NCBI GenBank assembly: GCA_951406725.2
Contig: OX597822.1
Span: 72,168,001-72,232,000 of the forward strand
DNA: 64,000 nt
Direction of reading: 5' to 3'
DNA from: Octopus vulgaris
Taxonomy: Eukaryota
Shown here: positions 12,370-24,752 of the stretch, piece after piece
Layout: every line of letters starts with the position of its first letter
Numbering within the stretch: position 1 is the first letter of the stretch
Made by a program: the position numbers and the translations under genes
The notes under the pieces: model-generated
What the model saw: the letters and a program-made list of their open reading frames with translations, nothing else
Database searches by the model: none
What the model was told of the DNA's origin: nothing

Positions 12370-15300
12370 TAGATGCGCCAACGTGGACATGGAGCAACCG
12401 CATCGGGTCGTCGAGATCGTATCTAGATAGGATACTGTGTAGGACAGTAGATAGAGATAGAGTAGGGTGTCCACAATTCCACATAATCAGCTACACGGAT
12501 CGCAAACTTGTGACATGTACGCTAGACTTATGTAAGACTCATAGGCAGGGTCCCGGATACTGGAAACTAAACGTCTTTCCCATCGAGACAGGTTTTCAGA
12601 GACGGATTAGCACACTAGTAAAGAGGGCTTTGACGGGAGCCATAATCATCAACAAATGGTGGTTTGCCCCCAATAAAAGCAATAAAAGCAGAAGCGATTA
12701 GGTACAGCAAAGCACTAGCCATAGATAGAAATAGAGTAGAGGGTGAGCTAGTTAAGAAGCTAGAAGAGGCAATTAGAAGCGGCATCGCATCCGACGTTTT
12801 GGCGGCGAGGTTGGCCCTCGACCAACACTTCAACGCCAAACACAAAGGGTGTGTTGTCAGAGCTAGGATGCGTGCTCTATAGAACGAAGGTGTTGGAGCC
12901 GCGAGAGAGGCTCGGGTGGCAGAGGCGCAACAGGGCAACAAAGCCACCATTCAGTCTCTGGTAGATGAACAGGGGCGCCAATTGCTCGAGCCAAGTAAAT
13001 GTGTGAGGCATTTCAACAGCATTTTGCCCGACCGTTCGGGACGAGTGGCGGGCAAGAACGTAGGGTGGACTTCAGTGCTTACCTACACAGCCTACCACGA
13101 CTCTCGACAAGAGAGGCAGGGCGCTGTGAAGGTGCCTTCACGGCGGCGGAAGTGCAGGACGCGATGGCAGAATGCTCGAGGGACAAATCGCTGGGTTTGG
13201 ATGGTCTACCCTACGAGATTTACAGTTGTATGCCGGACTTGTTTGGAGACGTCTTGGCAGCGGTGTACTGCAACTGGCAGCAAAACGGGAGCATTCCTGG
13301 TTTTGTGAGCCGAGGAGCCGTAACACTGCTGAAGAAAGATCTAAACAAGGGGAATGTAATAGATAACTTTAGGCCCATCACTCTGCTTAATGCAGACTTG
13401 AAAATTATGGCCGAGGTGTTACCCAAGAGGTTGGCGCTTGTCATCGAGAAACTGGTCAACAAGGCGCGAACGTGCGCCGTGCCGGGTCGGAGCATCCATG
13501 ACCACCTCCACCTGATGCGCTACATCATAGACAGGGTAGTTAAGGAACCTGGCATGGGTGGGGCGCTGATCAATTTGATCAATCGAAAGCTTTCGATAGG
13601 GTAGACCATCGATACTTGAAGGCTGTCCTCAGAGTGGCTGGTTTCGGTCCCGTCTTCCGCGGCTGGATAGCCGCTTTGTACACAGGCATCCGTTCGGTAA
13701 TTCGCGTAAATGGACATCTATCGAGACCTTTCGACATTGCACGTTCGGTCCGTCAGGGATGCCCCCTCTCGGCGCTTCTCTACGTATTGACTCTCGAGCC
13801 ATTATTGCGGAAGCTGGCAACTCTGAGGGGCATCCCTCGAGAATTTGGATGCGGGACGAGCGTGTCTGCATACGCGGACGACGTTACCGTCATAGTGTCT
13901 AGCCACGAGCACATCGAGCAGGTCGGTGAGACACTGAAAGACTGCGAAGCGGTGACAGGAGCGAAAATCAACTGGGAAAAATCAGTGGGCTTGCGACTCG
14001 GCACCTGGAGAAACAAGCCCATGCCGTCCACCAGCGCCTCCGTCGTGGGACGCTGGACCGACGGTCCGGTCGAGTTGCTCGGGGTCTGGTTTGGTCCGGA
14101 CCTCCAAATGGAGAAGAACTGGAACGAGATAACGAGTAGGGTGGTCACTCTCGCCAGGCAATGGGCCGAGAGGAAACTCTCACTAAAAGGTCGGACGGAG
14201 GTGGCGAACTCGTACATCGCGTCCGTCATCTACTACCGCCTGATCGTCGTGCCTTGTCCCAACCCTACCATCAAACTAGAACGCATTCTCTTTCGCTTCT
14301 TGTGGAAAGGATGCGTCCCGATGGTCAGGCGATCCATTTGCTGTCAACACCCGTTAAAAGGAGGGCGGGCATGCCGTGGTTGATGATGCTCAGACTCACG
14401 CTGAGACTGCAACATCTCCGTATCTACGTAGACGACGGTGAACAGGTGTGGTCACCGTTTGTGAGGCACGCTTTGCCGCAACTCGTCCCCATGACCAAAC
14501 TGCAGTTGTGGATCAAAAAGAGGCCGAGAAAGGGCGAATGGCACCGCGAGTGTCGTGTTGCTCTCAAGCAACTATGCAGTCCCGGGTCGACCTTGAGTGA
14601 CTTCAACACAACCAAAGCATTTTATAGGGGCTTTGTGGAGGGGAGGTACGATGACGATTTCCGGGCGAACCTGGACGTCGACGAGGAATACCTGAGCCGC
14701 CTGTTCAGGACGAATTTCGGGCCAGGGCCAATGGACAACTTCCAGAGATCCCTGGCCTGGCAGTGCTATCGAGAAGCGCTACCCGTTCGGGATAAGCTCT
14801 ACAGACACGGCTCGAGAAACACGGGGCCGACCTGCCTGAGATTCAGTTAGAGCGACGAAACCGTTCTGCACGCATCGTACAGTGTCCAACAATATCCGAC
14901 CTGTGGGCTTATGTCGAACGACTGCTGTCACGTGTGGAACGAGTCGGTTTATCAGCCGAGTCTATCGTCAATATTGTCACGCCTCCTTCCTTCAAACTCG
15001 AAGGAAGAGCTATTTTCATCATACTTGTGGCTATGGCGAAAGAATGTATCTGGTGAACGCGTCTGAAAGGATTGGAGACAAACACTTTCCTCTCTGATCA
15101 ATCTCTAATCAACTTCTTCAAGTATCAATTGAAAAGGAAAGTGAGAGTAGAGAAGCAAGTTTTGTCTAGCGAATGTTTTAAAAAAAGATGGGTGAATGTA
15201 GCAAGGATGGCACGTATGAATGACGAAGCCACTTTGAGCATGATTCGATGAAACAGAAAAATTTAAAACAGAAAAATTTAAAACAGAAAAATTTAAAACA

Positions 15301-15632
15301 GAGGGTTACCTACTTGCAAACAAATGTGGTAACAAGTAACAATATTGACCGAGGTTACTGTGGTCTTTTCCGTAAGCTTTCTTCCCACGGATAAACGTTA
15401 TCTGCTTCCCCCTTTACACCTTACATCATAACACTGTGATACACGATCCCTATTGATCGTTTTTTTCTTTTGTTTCTTTTCCTTTTTCCCCCTTCTTCTT
15501 CTTTCCCTTTTACGATCCCTTTTGATCGAAAACCTACCCACCTTTTTTCTTTCTTTCTTTCCTCCAAAAAGAAAAGCTCTACTTTGTAATCTGTCCCGTC
15601 TGTGTGCAGCCCTGTGTGGCTAATAAAGAAAC
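12370..15632 (+). mobile_element. 5'-truncated, decayed Tx1/L1-clade LINE (end of APE endonuclease, RT, C-terminal domain, 3' UTR)
   Basis: ORF pieces contain WTW..SYLDR, GPGYWKLN, LGLDGLPYEIY, NFRPITLLNADLKI, SVRQGCPLS and AYADDVT, broken by frameshifts and stops. AATAAA at 15622-15627 is followed by (TATC)n. Confidence 0.93.
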
Positions 15633-15633
15633 A

Positions 15634-15684
<51 letters not shown>

Positions 15685-15691
15685 TTGTCTA

Positions 15692-15758
<67 letters not shown>

Positions 15759-16071
15759 GTCTATTTATATCCACTATTAAATACATATATACAAATGTTA
15801 TGTGAATTTTCGTTAATATCTCATTGAGAACTGTACCAATATCTTGTGTCTCACATGTTCTTAGAGAACAGTGCAACATCCTAAATAGTATATAACTATT
15901 CATAGATTATTTTCTTTTAATGAAAACAAGTAAACTAATTAGTATTACATGCACGAAACATTTCAAGATTTTCGGCCAAATGATACTATAGATTCAACGA
16001 GTAAAGCTAGAATTTTTTGTACGAAAATATTTTAGAGAGCCGTGTTAAGGCTTGTAATATAACCTAACTTA

Positions 16072-16152
<81 letters not shown>

Positions 16153-16645
16153 CAGAATCATTGATCTGATGTATTTGAATATAATTTCTCTATCTCTTTC
16201 ACTCTGATTTATATGCGTACTCACACGCAAACGCATAATTCTGTCTTACATTCTTCCTCAATGCGAATTAGATGATCATACATTTCTCAGAATATATACG
16301 CATGTATATGCAATTTAAAGTTTGCATGTATACCTTTCGTCTTTCATTCATTTGAATATTCAAATATGTAGATACGTACAAGCATGCTTATATAAAGAAG
16401 GGGGCTGTATGGATTGAAAAAGGGGGCAGACAAATCAGTATGTTTAATAATTAAAGATGGCTTAAATTTTGAAACTTGTCCAAAAACTTTGGTGAAGTTA
16501 AATGAAATTTTATGGATGCAAATTTTATTTTGCCCTTCCGTTAGAACTAAAGGTGGGAGTCAGAAGAAATGCTGATGTTTCATGACTGACTTACATTCAG
16601 AATATTTATGTCAATTCAACAGAAGAATTTATAGTAACACACACA

Positions 16646-16710
<65 letters not shown>

Positions 16711-16797
16711 ACACGTACACACACACACATACAGAATGAGGATTTCTTTCTTGTATTTGGATGGCAAGATGCTTGATGTGGTCTCGTGTGCTGAAAC

Positions 16798-17113
16798 ATT
16801 GTTGTATCTTGGGAGAGTTATTATGCCAGTAATGAACACACGCACTGATTATATTTCACTTCTTTATTTTTATTTAACAGGCTTGAAGCAGACTCGGGAT
16901 AAGGACGGCATGACATTGATTAGATTGCCAGTGGTGAGGAAAGGACTTCGAAGGACCTAGCTGATTGATTGTTTGACCAAATGATTAATCAAACAATTGA
17001 TTATTAATTAACTGGTTAAATAGTTAACCAGTTGAAAATAAAAGTAAGGACGTGAAATAGAACCAGTGCGTGTGTTTATTATCGGAATAACAACCTTCCC
17101 GAGATACAGTAAC
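16798..17113. repeat. imperfect ~80-bp inverted repeat with internal hairpins
   Basis: 16798-16879 vs 17031-17113 (shared aacacacgcactg, tatttcac, tgtatct.ggga). Confidence 0.85.
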
Positions 17114-17190
17114 AAAAACAAAAAAACAATAAAATGGTGCAAACTAATCTCGTATACATGTTAACAAAATGGATGTTGTCTTTATCTCAC

Positions 17191-17447
17191 CTATTAACTT
17201 CCATTCTCCATTTCTTATAAAACTCGACGTATCTCCGTTACCGTCTCCATCAAGCTGAAGGTCAAGGTAACGCCCATCGTGGGTCCACGAACCAAATTTG
17301 AGTGTACACTTCTGATCATCAAAGGGAAACCAGGCGATGTCAATCTGACATGTACTTTTGAACATACCAGGAGGTACCCAGTGACAAAATCCATTGTAAG
17401 AGACCAGAACGTTTGTCGGGTATGTGGCATCAAACACTTCGTTAGCA
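17191..17447 (-). CDS. CHRNA7-like: nAChR alpha7-like subunit, internal coding exon containing loop E, Cys-loop, loop B and loop F
   Basis: ttctattctag|T GCT AAC GAA ... AAG TTA ATA G|gtgaga = (S)ANEVFDATYPTNVLVSYNGFCHWVPPGMFKSTCQIDIAWFPFDDQKCTLKFGSWTHDGRYLDLQLDGDGNGDTSSFIRNGEWKLI(G). C-x13-C Cys-loop with WFPFDDQ is typical of the invertebrate alpha7 group. Loop C (vicinal Cys) is in the next exon, so alpha status is inferred. Confidence 0.96.
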
Positions 17448-17570
17448 CTAGAATAGAATTCAACAAAAAAACAGAAACAAATAAATAAAATAGAAATAAC
17501 ATAAAAAAACGTTAATGTTAAAATATATTTAAAAAATGAGCTCAAATTTGTGTGGTTAAGATTTGTGTGG

Positions 17571-17620
<50 letters not shown>

Positions 17621-17625
<5 letters not shown>

Positions 17626-17824
17626 TAATCCAAACAAGAAAGCACAAAAAAAACACAACAACGCGAGGACGTGGAACAAATATAGTATTATTGGACGCTC
17701 AGGAAAGAAGGAGGATTTAACGTTTCGAGCGGAGCTCTTCGTCGGAAACATAGGAGAAGGAAAGATCCAGAGAAGGGAAGACAGAGGAAAAAAAATCGCC
17801 AACGGTACACACGAGGTCACATTT
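17621..17824 (-). mobile_element. second copy of the pLTR-like repeat, abutting (TA)n
   Basis: Near-identical reverse complement of 1708-1920. Confidence 0.7.
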
Positions 17825-19049
17825 AATATATATGTTAAAAATGGGTAAAGCCGGTTTATGGGATAACCTTGGGTTTCTCGTCCATAAAGGGTTTAGATTT
17901 TTATTTGACAGGGGATTGGAATCAAATCCCCATGATAAACGGAGATGTGTGTGTTTGTATGTGTGTCTTTGTGCTTCTGTATGTCCACCCGCCACTTGTT
18001 TAGGTTCCCGTATCTTAACGGTTTAGGCAAGAGAAACCGATCAAATACGTGCCACACTTAAACGTAAATACCGAAGTTGATTTGTTCGGCTAAACCCTTC
18101 AAGGCAGTGCTCTAGCATGACCACAATTCAATGACTGAAGTAAATAAATGATCAACAATAAAAGACTTCTTTGTTTGCTGAAATGAAGACCCTGTAGGGG
18201 CTTCAAAGAGTGAGGGTTATTGTGGAAATAGAAGTTGAAAAAATCCCAGTCAGCAGAGACAGAGAGGAAGAGAGTAAAACGGAGAAACAGAGATGGAGAA
18301 AGAGGGTGAGGGAGGGGGAGAGGGAGAGGGAGAGACAGAGGAAGAAGGAGAGAACAAAACAAAAATTAGATTTCTAGCCCCAGAAATAGCAACAGGGACC
18401 CGGCATAGAAAGAAATACAGAAACATAATCAAGTAACTGGTTTTGGATTAGAATAACCTAATAAGAAGAATTACTCTGAGTTCCTGAAATGAATACAGAA
18501 ATAGTATTAAAACCCATTGTTAACTTTCTTTTAAATGGAAGGTAGGGAATGAAAATAAAAAAAAAATCGGTATTACCATTTCTTCATAAATCCTGAAATT
18601 GACGAGTAACACGTTTCTGGAATAATAATTTATCAATAATAGCTGCAGCAATGAAGAAGAAATTGATCTGTCTTTGGTCTTTAGTAGCGATAAAACGATC
18701 AAATATTAAAAGATTTTTTAGAAGAAGACCTCAAGCCAATGTGGGAGCCTCAATATTGTAGCTCACTTCCTAGAAATAACAGTCAAATTTTCATCATATC
18801 ATGAAAAACGTTCTGAAGCGATGGAATACATATTGAATAAGGTGGTTTGGAGTGTATTGTGTGAGAACGGAAAAAAACGGCTTGGTTATAGCCGGAACGT
18901 CTATGGCCATAGGGTGGTTCGATCAGTGTAGACCTGGAGTTAAACAAGAACAAAACAATATCATCATTAAATAAGGTTATCATTTAAAGATGATTTCTGA
19001 AGTCTTCTGAAGCAGCAAACCACAAATTTGAGGTAATCTTACTTCCAAA

Positions 19050-19400
19050 TATATACGTCTCCGTTTATCACAGGGGTTTGATTCTAATCCACCATCAAAT
19101 AATAAAGAAAAACACACACACCAAAACATTTTGATAAATGAATCAGTGATTCAACGCCACACACTGTAATAGATTCATTGGTATCAAACTCGTGGTCCAC
19201 AGTAGAAAAGCTTCCGCCGTCACGTATTTTCTTGATCACCTCTATCTTCTGTAGAAGATACACTCGTTTTGCGACGTTTGTTAGGGTCAGGCGTCTTCGT
19301 ATATTTTTTCTGTTCCCTGATCTTATACTGATGGGTACGAGTACATGAAACCGCATAAAAAATGTGCAGCCTCGCAGCACGGCTATGTAAACATAAGCGA
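19050..19400 (-). mobile_element. pogo/Tigger-like transposase N-terminal (HTH-psq) remnant
   Basis: RVYLLQKIEVIKKIRDGGSFSTVDHEFDTNES; homologous to the 46420-46652 fragment. Confidence 0.55.
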
Positions 19401-19469
19401 TAGTTAGTGCATTCTGGATAGCTGAGTAATGTACGTGGTCACCGGGGCGTGTTTTTGCAGTAGAAGTAG

Positions 19470-19828
19470 CACCGGACTCGCGGTGGTAAGATCGCTGTTT
19501 CGATTCCCAGACCGGGCGTAGTGAGTGTTTATTGACCAAAAACATCTAAAGTTGCACAAGGCTCCGGCAGGGGGTGAGTGGCGAACCCTGGTGTACTCTT
19601 TCACGACAACTTTCTATCACTTTTTCTTCATGGTTCTGTTGTACCTGTATTTCAAAGGGGCTAGACTTGTCAAACTCTGTGTCACGCTGAATCTTCCCGA
19701 GAACTACGTTAAGGGTACACGAGTCTCTGGAGTGCGTGCTCAGCCACATGCACGTTAATTTCACGAGCTGGCTGTTCCGTTGATCGGATCAACTGGAACC
19801 CTCGTCGTCGCAACCGACATAGTGCCAC
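19470..19828 (+). mobile_element. SINE family C
   Basis: tttcgattcccagaccgggc head; tail gaactacgttaagggtacacg..gatcggatcaactggaaccctcgtcgtcg. Also at 1-125, 48685-49037, 55084-55408 and partially 50030-50095. Confidence 0.8.
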
Positions 19829-19842
19829 GATATATTTATGTG

Positions 19843-19909
<67 letters not shown>

Positions 19910-19982
19910 ATATATATGTATATATGTATGTATATATGTATATATGTATATATATATATGTATATATGTATATATGTATATA

Positions 19983-20014
<32 letters not shown>

Positions 20015-20075
20015 GATAGATATATACCTACACATATGTATATATATATATATATATATATTTATAAATATATAC

Positions 20076-20160
<85 letters not shown>

Positions 20161-20256
20161 TTATATAGAAGGAGCTTCTATATAATAAATTATTTTTACT
20201 CTGCTATGTATTGAGTACCTTATTTACTGTGGTTAACCCCGAATCAACCCGGGACC

Positions 20257-20346
<90 letters not shown>

Positions 20347-20417
20347 TACATATAGATATATATCTATAGATATATACCTATACAGATGTGTGTATATATA
20401 TATATATACATCTTCAC

Positions 20418-20461
<44 letters not shown>

Positions 20462-21064
20462 ACGTGTAGTCTATTTACTAATTATATACTATTTATTTAT
20501 TATTTCGTACTTTAGTTTTAGGTAAATGTTTCATCGTATCTTTAATTTTTTTCTATATGGTATGATTTAAGCATATCATTGTTGAATTGCTACATGGTGG
20601 TTATTCTCTAATTCATATACATATAATGCATATATATCTGTCTGTCTGTCTATCCATCTGTTTATCTATTTATCTGTCTATAGAAAATCATCTCGTATTT
20701 CAGAAAATCTGAAACATGTATAATGTAGCTATATGTATTCTGCCTATTTAATTTACTACAAGACCAACTATCTATTATATGCAGGTCAGGACGGCTGTTA
20801 ATGTAATATTGTGTTAGGATACAGCCAACGCATATCGATTTAGATTAAAAATTCGTCTGAGCAACCGAAGAAATGTTGGTATATCTTCTCTAGTGAGAGA
20901 CAGTTATTCCGAAACAGATCTGTTATAAAATTTCAGATACTTTTCATTTTACTTGCGAGAACGGGAAGTATTCACATCATTTCAGCCGTTACATATTGCT
21001 TTTATATAAATAACTGCAAGAAAATCACTATTTTCCTTTCATAGAACTTTGTGTCTTTGAGACA

Positions 21065-21268
21065 CACGAGAGGGTGTGGAAAAGTTCCTGGCTTTGGGTA
21101 AAAGAAAATACAGGAGGATCAGTTAATTATGATTTTATTCAACATAATCACCTCTCAGATTCACATACTTATTGCAGCAGGCCTTCGGTTATTCTAATCC
21201 TTGTAAAAAAACTCGGAAGGCCTTTCGCGATACCCTTAAAGCTAAGAAGTTTTCAACACCCTCTCGTG
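21065..21268. mobile_element. mariner-type MITE
   Basis: Ends cacgagagggtgtggaaaagtt / aagttttcaacaccctctcgtg; the inside resembles a transposase 3' end (..LRGDYVE*) on the minus strand. Confidence 0.7.
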
Positions 21269-21782
21269 CAACCTTACTGATTCCCTGTTCTTTACATCTT
21301 GTCACCTCTGCTGAAGAAATCTCTTCCCAGACACCCCCTACACGTATTAGATACTAGGTGATACATCTAATTTGTGCAAGAATTTCTATGTATCAGGAAA
21401 CGCTGTGCAGCAGATGAATTCCGTTTCAGTATATTACCATTTTGTTCTTTTCCATGGCAGTTCGAAAGTTAAATGTAATTCAAACGAGAGTTAAAATACT
21501 AAACATATGACAGTTATTAAAACTTAATCTATAACTTGCATAGAATTTTTTACTTGTTTCAGTCATTAGACTGCAGCCATGTTGGGGCATCGCTCTGAAG
21601 AATTTTTAGTCGAATATTTAGTCGAATATTCTAAAAGCCTGGTACTTATTCTCTCGGTATCTTTTGCCGAACCGCTAAGTCACGGAGATGGAAACACATC
21701 AGAACCGGTTGTCAAACGGTGGTAGAAAGACTAACACAAACACAAGCACGTGTGTGTGTGTTTGTGTGAGCGTGTGTAATGA

Positions 21783-22151
21783 GTGTATATGCCATATTTG
21801 GGTGATTTTCCCCTTCACAAACACCCATCCAACCTATTCTGGCCTCCGAAAACATTGCTTACATAGCCACCGCATACAGCGGTGTTAAGTTATTGCATAT
21901 ACCAATTTACATAATGAACGCATTCCTGGAGCTGGTATGCAAGGACGAAAGGTTTGTAGGTAGGTGGTATTTCGTCATGCAGTCTTTATATACCAGCCTC
22001 AGGAATGCGTTTAGTATTTAAATTGGTATATCCAATAACTTAACACCGCTGTATGCGGTGGCTATGTAAGCAATATTTTCGGAGGCGAGAATGGGTTGTT
22101 GGATGGCTGCTGATGAAGGGGCAAACCATCCTGAATATGGCATATATACAC
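21783..22151. repeat. long foldback inverted repeat (~155-bp arms, ~50-bp spacer)
   Basis: attgcttacatagccaccgcatacagcggtgttaagttatt pairs exactly with its reverse complement at ~22034-22074. Confidence 0.93.
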
Positions 22152-22359
22152 ACATTACCCATTTTTCTCTTCGATCTTATTGTTAGTTTACATCTGACAT
22201 CTCGATTCGAAACGTTGTAGCAAAAATTAACGATGGCTATAATTTCTATAACAAAATAATTTACATAGCACTATTAACGTAGTAGGACGTGGTATTGTCT
22301 TATAAAAAAACATTTAATATACTTTATAGTATGTTATGGTTGCATAACGAAATACCACG

Positions 22360-22384
<25 letters not shown>

Positions 22385-22392
<8 letters not shown>

Positions 22393-22728
22393 ACTTACTT
22401 TTTTACTTTTTATTTGTTTCAGTCATTTGACTGTGCTATGCTGGAGCACCACCTTTAGTCGAGCAAATCGACCCCAGAACTTATTCTTTGTAAACCTAGT
22501 ACTTATTCTATCGGTCTCTCTTGCCGAACCGCTAAGTGACAGGGACCTAAACACACCAGTATCGGTTCTCAAGCGATGTTGGGGGTGGGGTGGGGTGGAC
22601 AAACACAGACACAAACATATACATACACACACACACATATATATATATATATACGACGGGCTTCTTTCAGTTTCCGTTTACCAAATCCACTCACAAGGCT
22701 TTGGTCAGCCCGAGGCTATAGTAGAAGA

Positions 22729-22772
<44 letters not shown>

Positions 22773-22925
22773 GACGGGCTTCTTTCAGTTTTCCTCTATC
22801 AAATCCACTCACAAAGCTTTTGTTGGCCCGAGCCTAGAGTAGATGACACTTGCCCAAGGTGCTACGTGGTAGGACTGAAGCCATGTGGTTGGGAAGCAAG
22901 CTTCATGCCGCACAGCCACGGCTGG
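22385..22925 (-). mobile_element. SINE family B with internal duplication
   Basis: Segment acgacgggcttctttcagttt..tagaagacac occurs twice (22653, 22770). Confidence 0.85.
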
Positions 22926-23555
22926 GTCACATATTTTGTGAAAATTGAAAGCAGTTGAAGATTGAAGTGAGATCAGTAATTCAATGGTACTTTTTTCAAC
23001 GCTGGAACAATCAGAAACCAGAACATGAAATGATGTAACTGAACACCATTAGATATTTAATTTGTTATTCTGTGTCGCCATTATATGAACTCGTAACCTT
23101 TGTCAGCATTCGCTATATTATTCACACAGTAACAGTACAGTTCATTTAATACTTCTGTTATTTGTGGTTTTATGACGCCATGATTTTCCATTTTGCATGA
23201 CGTCATCTTATGCTATTGTATGGTGCCGACAGAACCAATTATATTGTTCTAGAACCCCATAAAGAAGTTTGAAAATTCAAATATATTAGGTACGTGCAAA
23301 ACTGGAATTTTCAAAATCTTGGCATCAGATTTCATTCGGTGAAAATTTAAGCAAGCTGGACTACTCTTTCTAGAGTCATCACAATTAAAAGTTCTTTTCA
23401 AAACGAAGTAAGATCAATTATGAAATGCAATTTATAGACAAAGTAATGTATTTTTGTGTCATTAGTAAAAAAAATCCTGTATTTTATAAACTTGATACAT
23501 AAATACAGAACTCACACTTTTGTAGTTTTGTTTTTAATATAACATATAAACATAT

Positions 23556-23721
23556 AGTCGCAGGAATGACTGTGTGGTAAGAAGCTTGCTTACCAACCAC
23601 ATGGTTTCGGGTTTAGTCCCCCCACTGCATGGCACCTTGGGAAAGTGTCTACTACTATAGCCTTGGGCCAACTAAAGCCTTGTGAGTGGGTTTGGTAGAG
23701 GGAAACTGAAAGAAGCACGTC

Positions 23722-23782
<61 letters not shown>

Positions 23783-24160
23783 ATCCAAACATGAAAACAC
23801 AAAGAGAAAACACAACAACGCGAGGACATAGAACAAATATAGTATTATTGGACGCTCATGAAGGAAGGGAAGAAGGAGGGTTTAACGTATCGACCGAAGC
23901 TCTTCGTCAGAAACATAGGAAAAGGAAGAAAAAAATATATATGTATGTATGTATGTATTTGTGTGTTTGTTCCTCCACCATCGCTTGACAATTGATGTTG
24001 GTGTGTTTACATCCCCGTAATGTTGCGGTTCGGCAAAAGAAACTGATAGAATAAGTACTAGGCTTACACAGAATAAGTCCTGGGACCAATTTGCTCGACT
24101 AAAAGCGGTGCTCCAGCACAGCCGCAGTCAAAATGACTGAAACAAGTAAAAGAATATAAG
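23556..24160 (+). mobile_element. SINE family B hosting a pLTR-like insert
   Basis: Full head and tail; internal (TA)n interrupted by 23778-23930. Confidence 0.85.
23778..23930 (-). mobile_element. third copy of the pLTR-like repeat, inserted in the internal (TA)n of a SINE
   Basis: Homologous to 1775-1917; retains CTGACGA core. Confidence 0.7.
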
Positions 24161-24529
24161 AATTGCAAATATGTATTTTACTTGTGTATTGGCACAACAT
24201 ATTCTTGAAAATACAGTTCTCATCAAAATTATGAAGAGCATTTGTAGAAGATAGAAAAAAAATGACTGCATTCAGATAATTAATATGTGCAAATCAAATA
24301 TTTCAATTTGTATAGGTAGCAGACGGTATGCTGATTAATTTACTAAGCTGCATTCTTTAGAAGAACAACAAATTTAATATCTAATCAAATATGCAGATTA
24401 GTTAATTAGATATGCACATCTTAAATTTACAAAGTAGAGGCAATAATTCTTCAAGTTTTCAATTGGGTTACATTTCTCAAGAAATGTGTTGTTTTACCAT
24501 GTTTCAATAGAAATGCATTTGTGAATAAT

Positions 24530-24752
24530 AGCTTCAAACTGTGGAGCACGGATAGTAATTTTAATGGAGAAGTTAAGCTGATTATATCGACCCCAGGGCT
24601 CAACTGGTAGTTATTTCATCGACCCCACCACGGAGGAGGAAAATTAAAGTCGACCTCGGCAGAATTTGAACTCGAGCGTAAAGACGGACGAAATGTCATT
24701 GTCGCTAAACATTTTGTTTCATTCGCTAACGATTTTATCAGCTCAACGCTTT
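24530..24752 (-). mobile_element. SINE family A
   Basis: gtcgacctcggcagaatttgaactc core. Confidence 0.75.

Noticed and set aside
17144-17656. 170-aa ORF as a complete gene, or as a cephalopod chemotactile receptor
   Set aside because: Only 17191-17447 is bounded by splice sites. Conserved alpha7-type sequence, ligand aromatics and conserved intron positions argue for a canonical nAChR.
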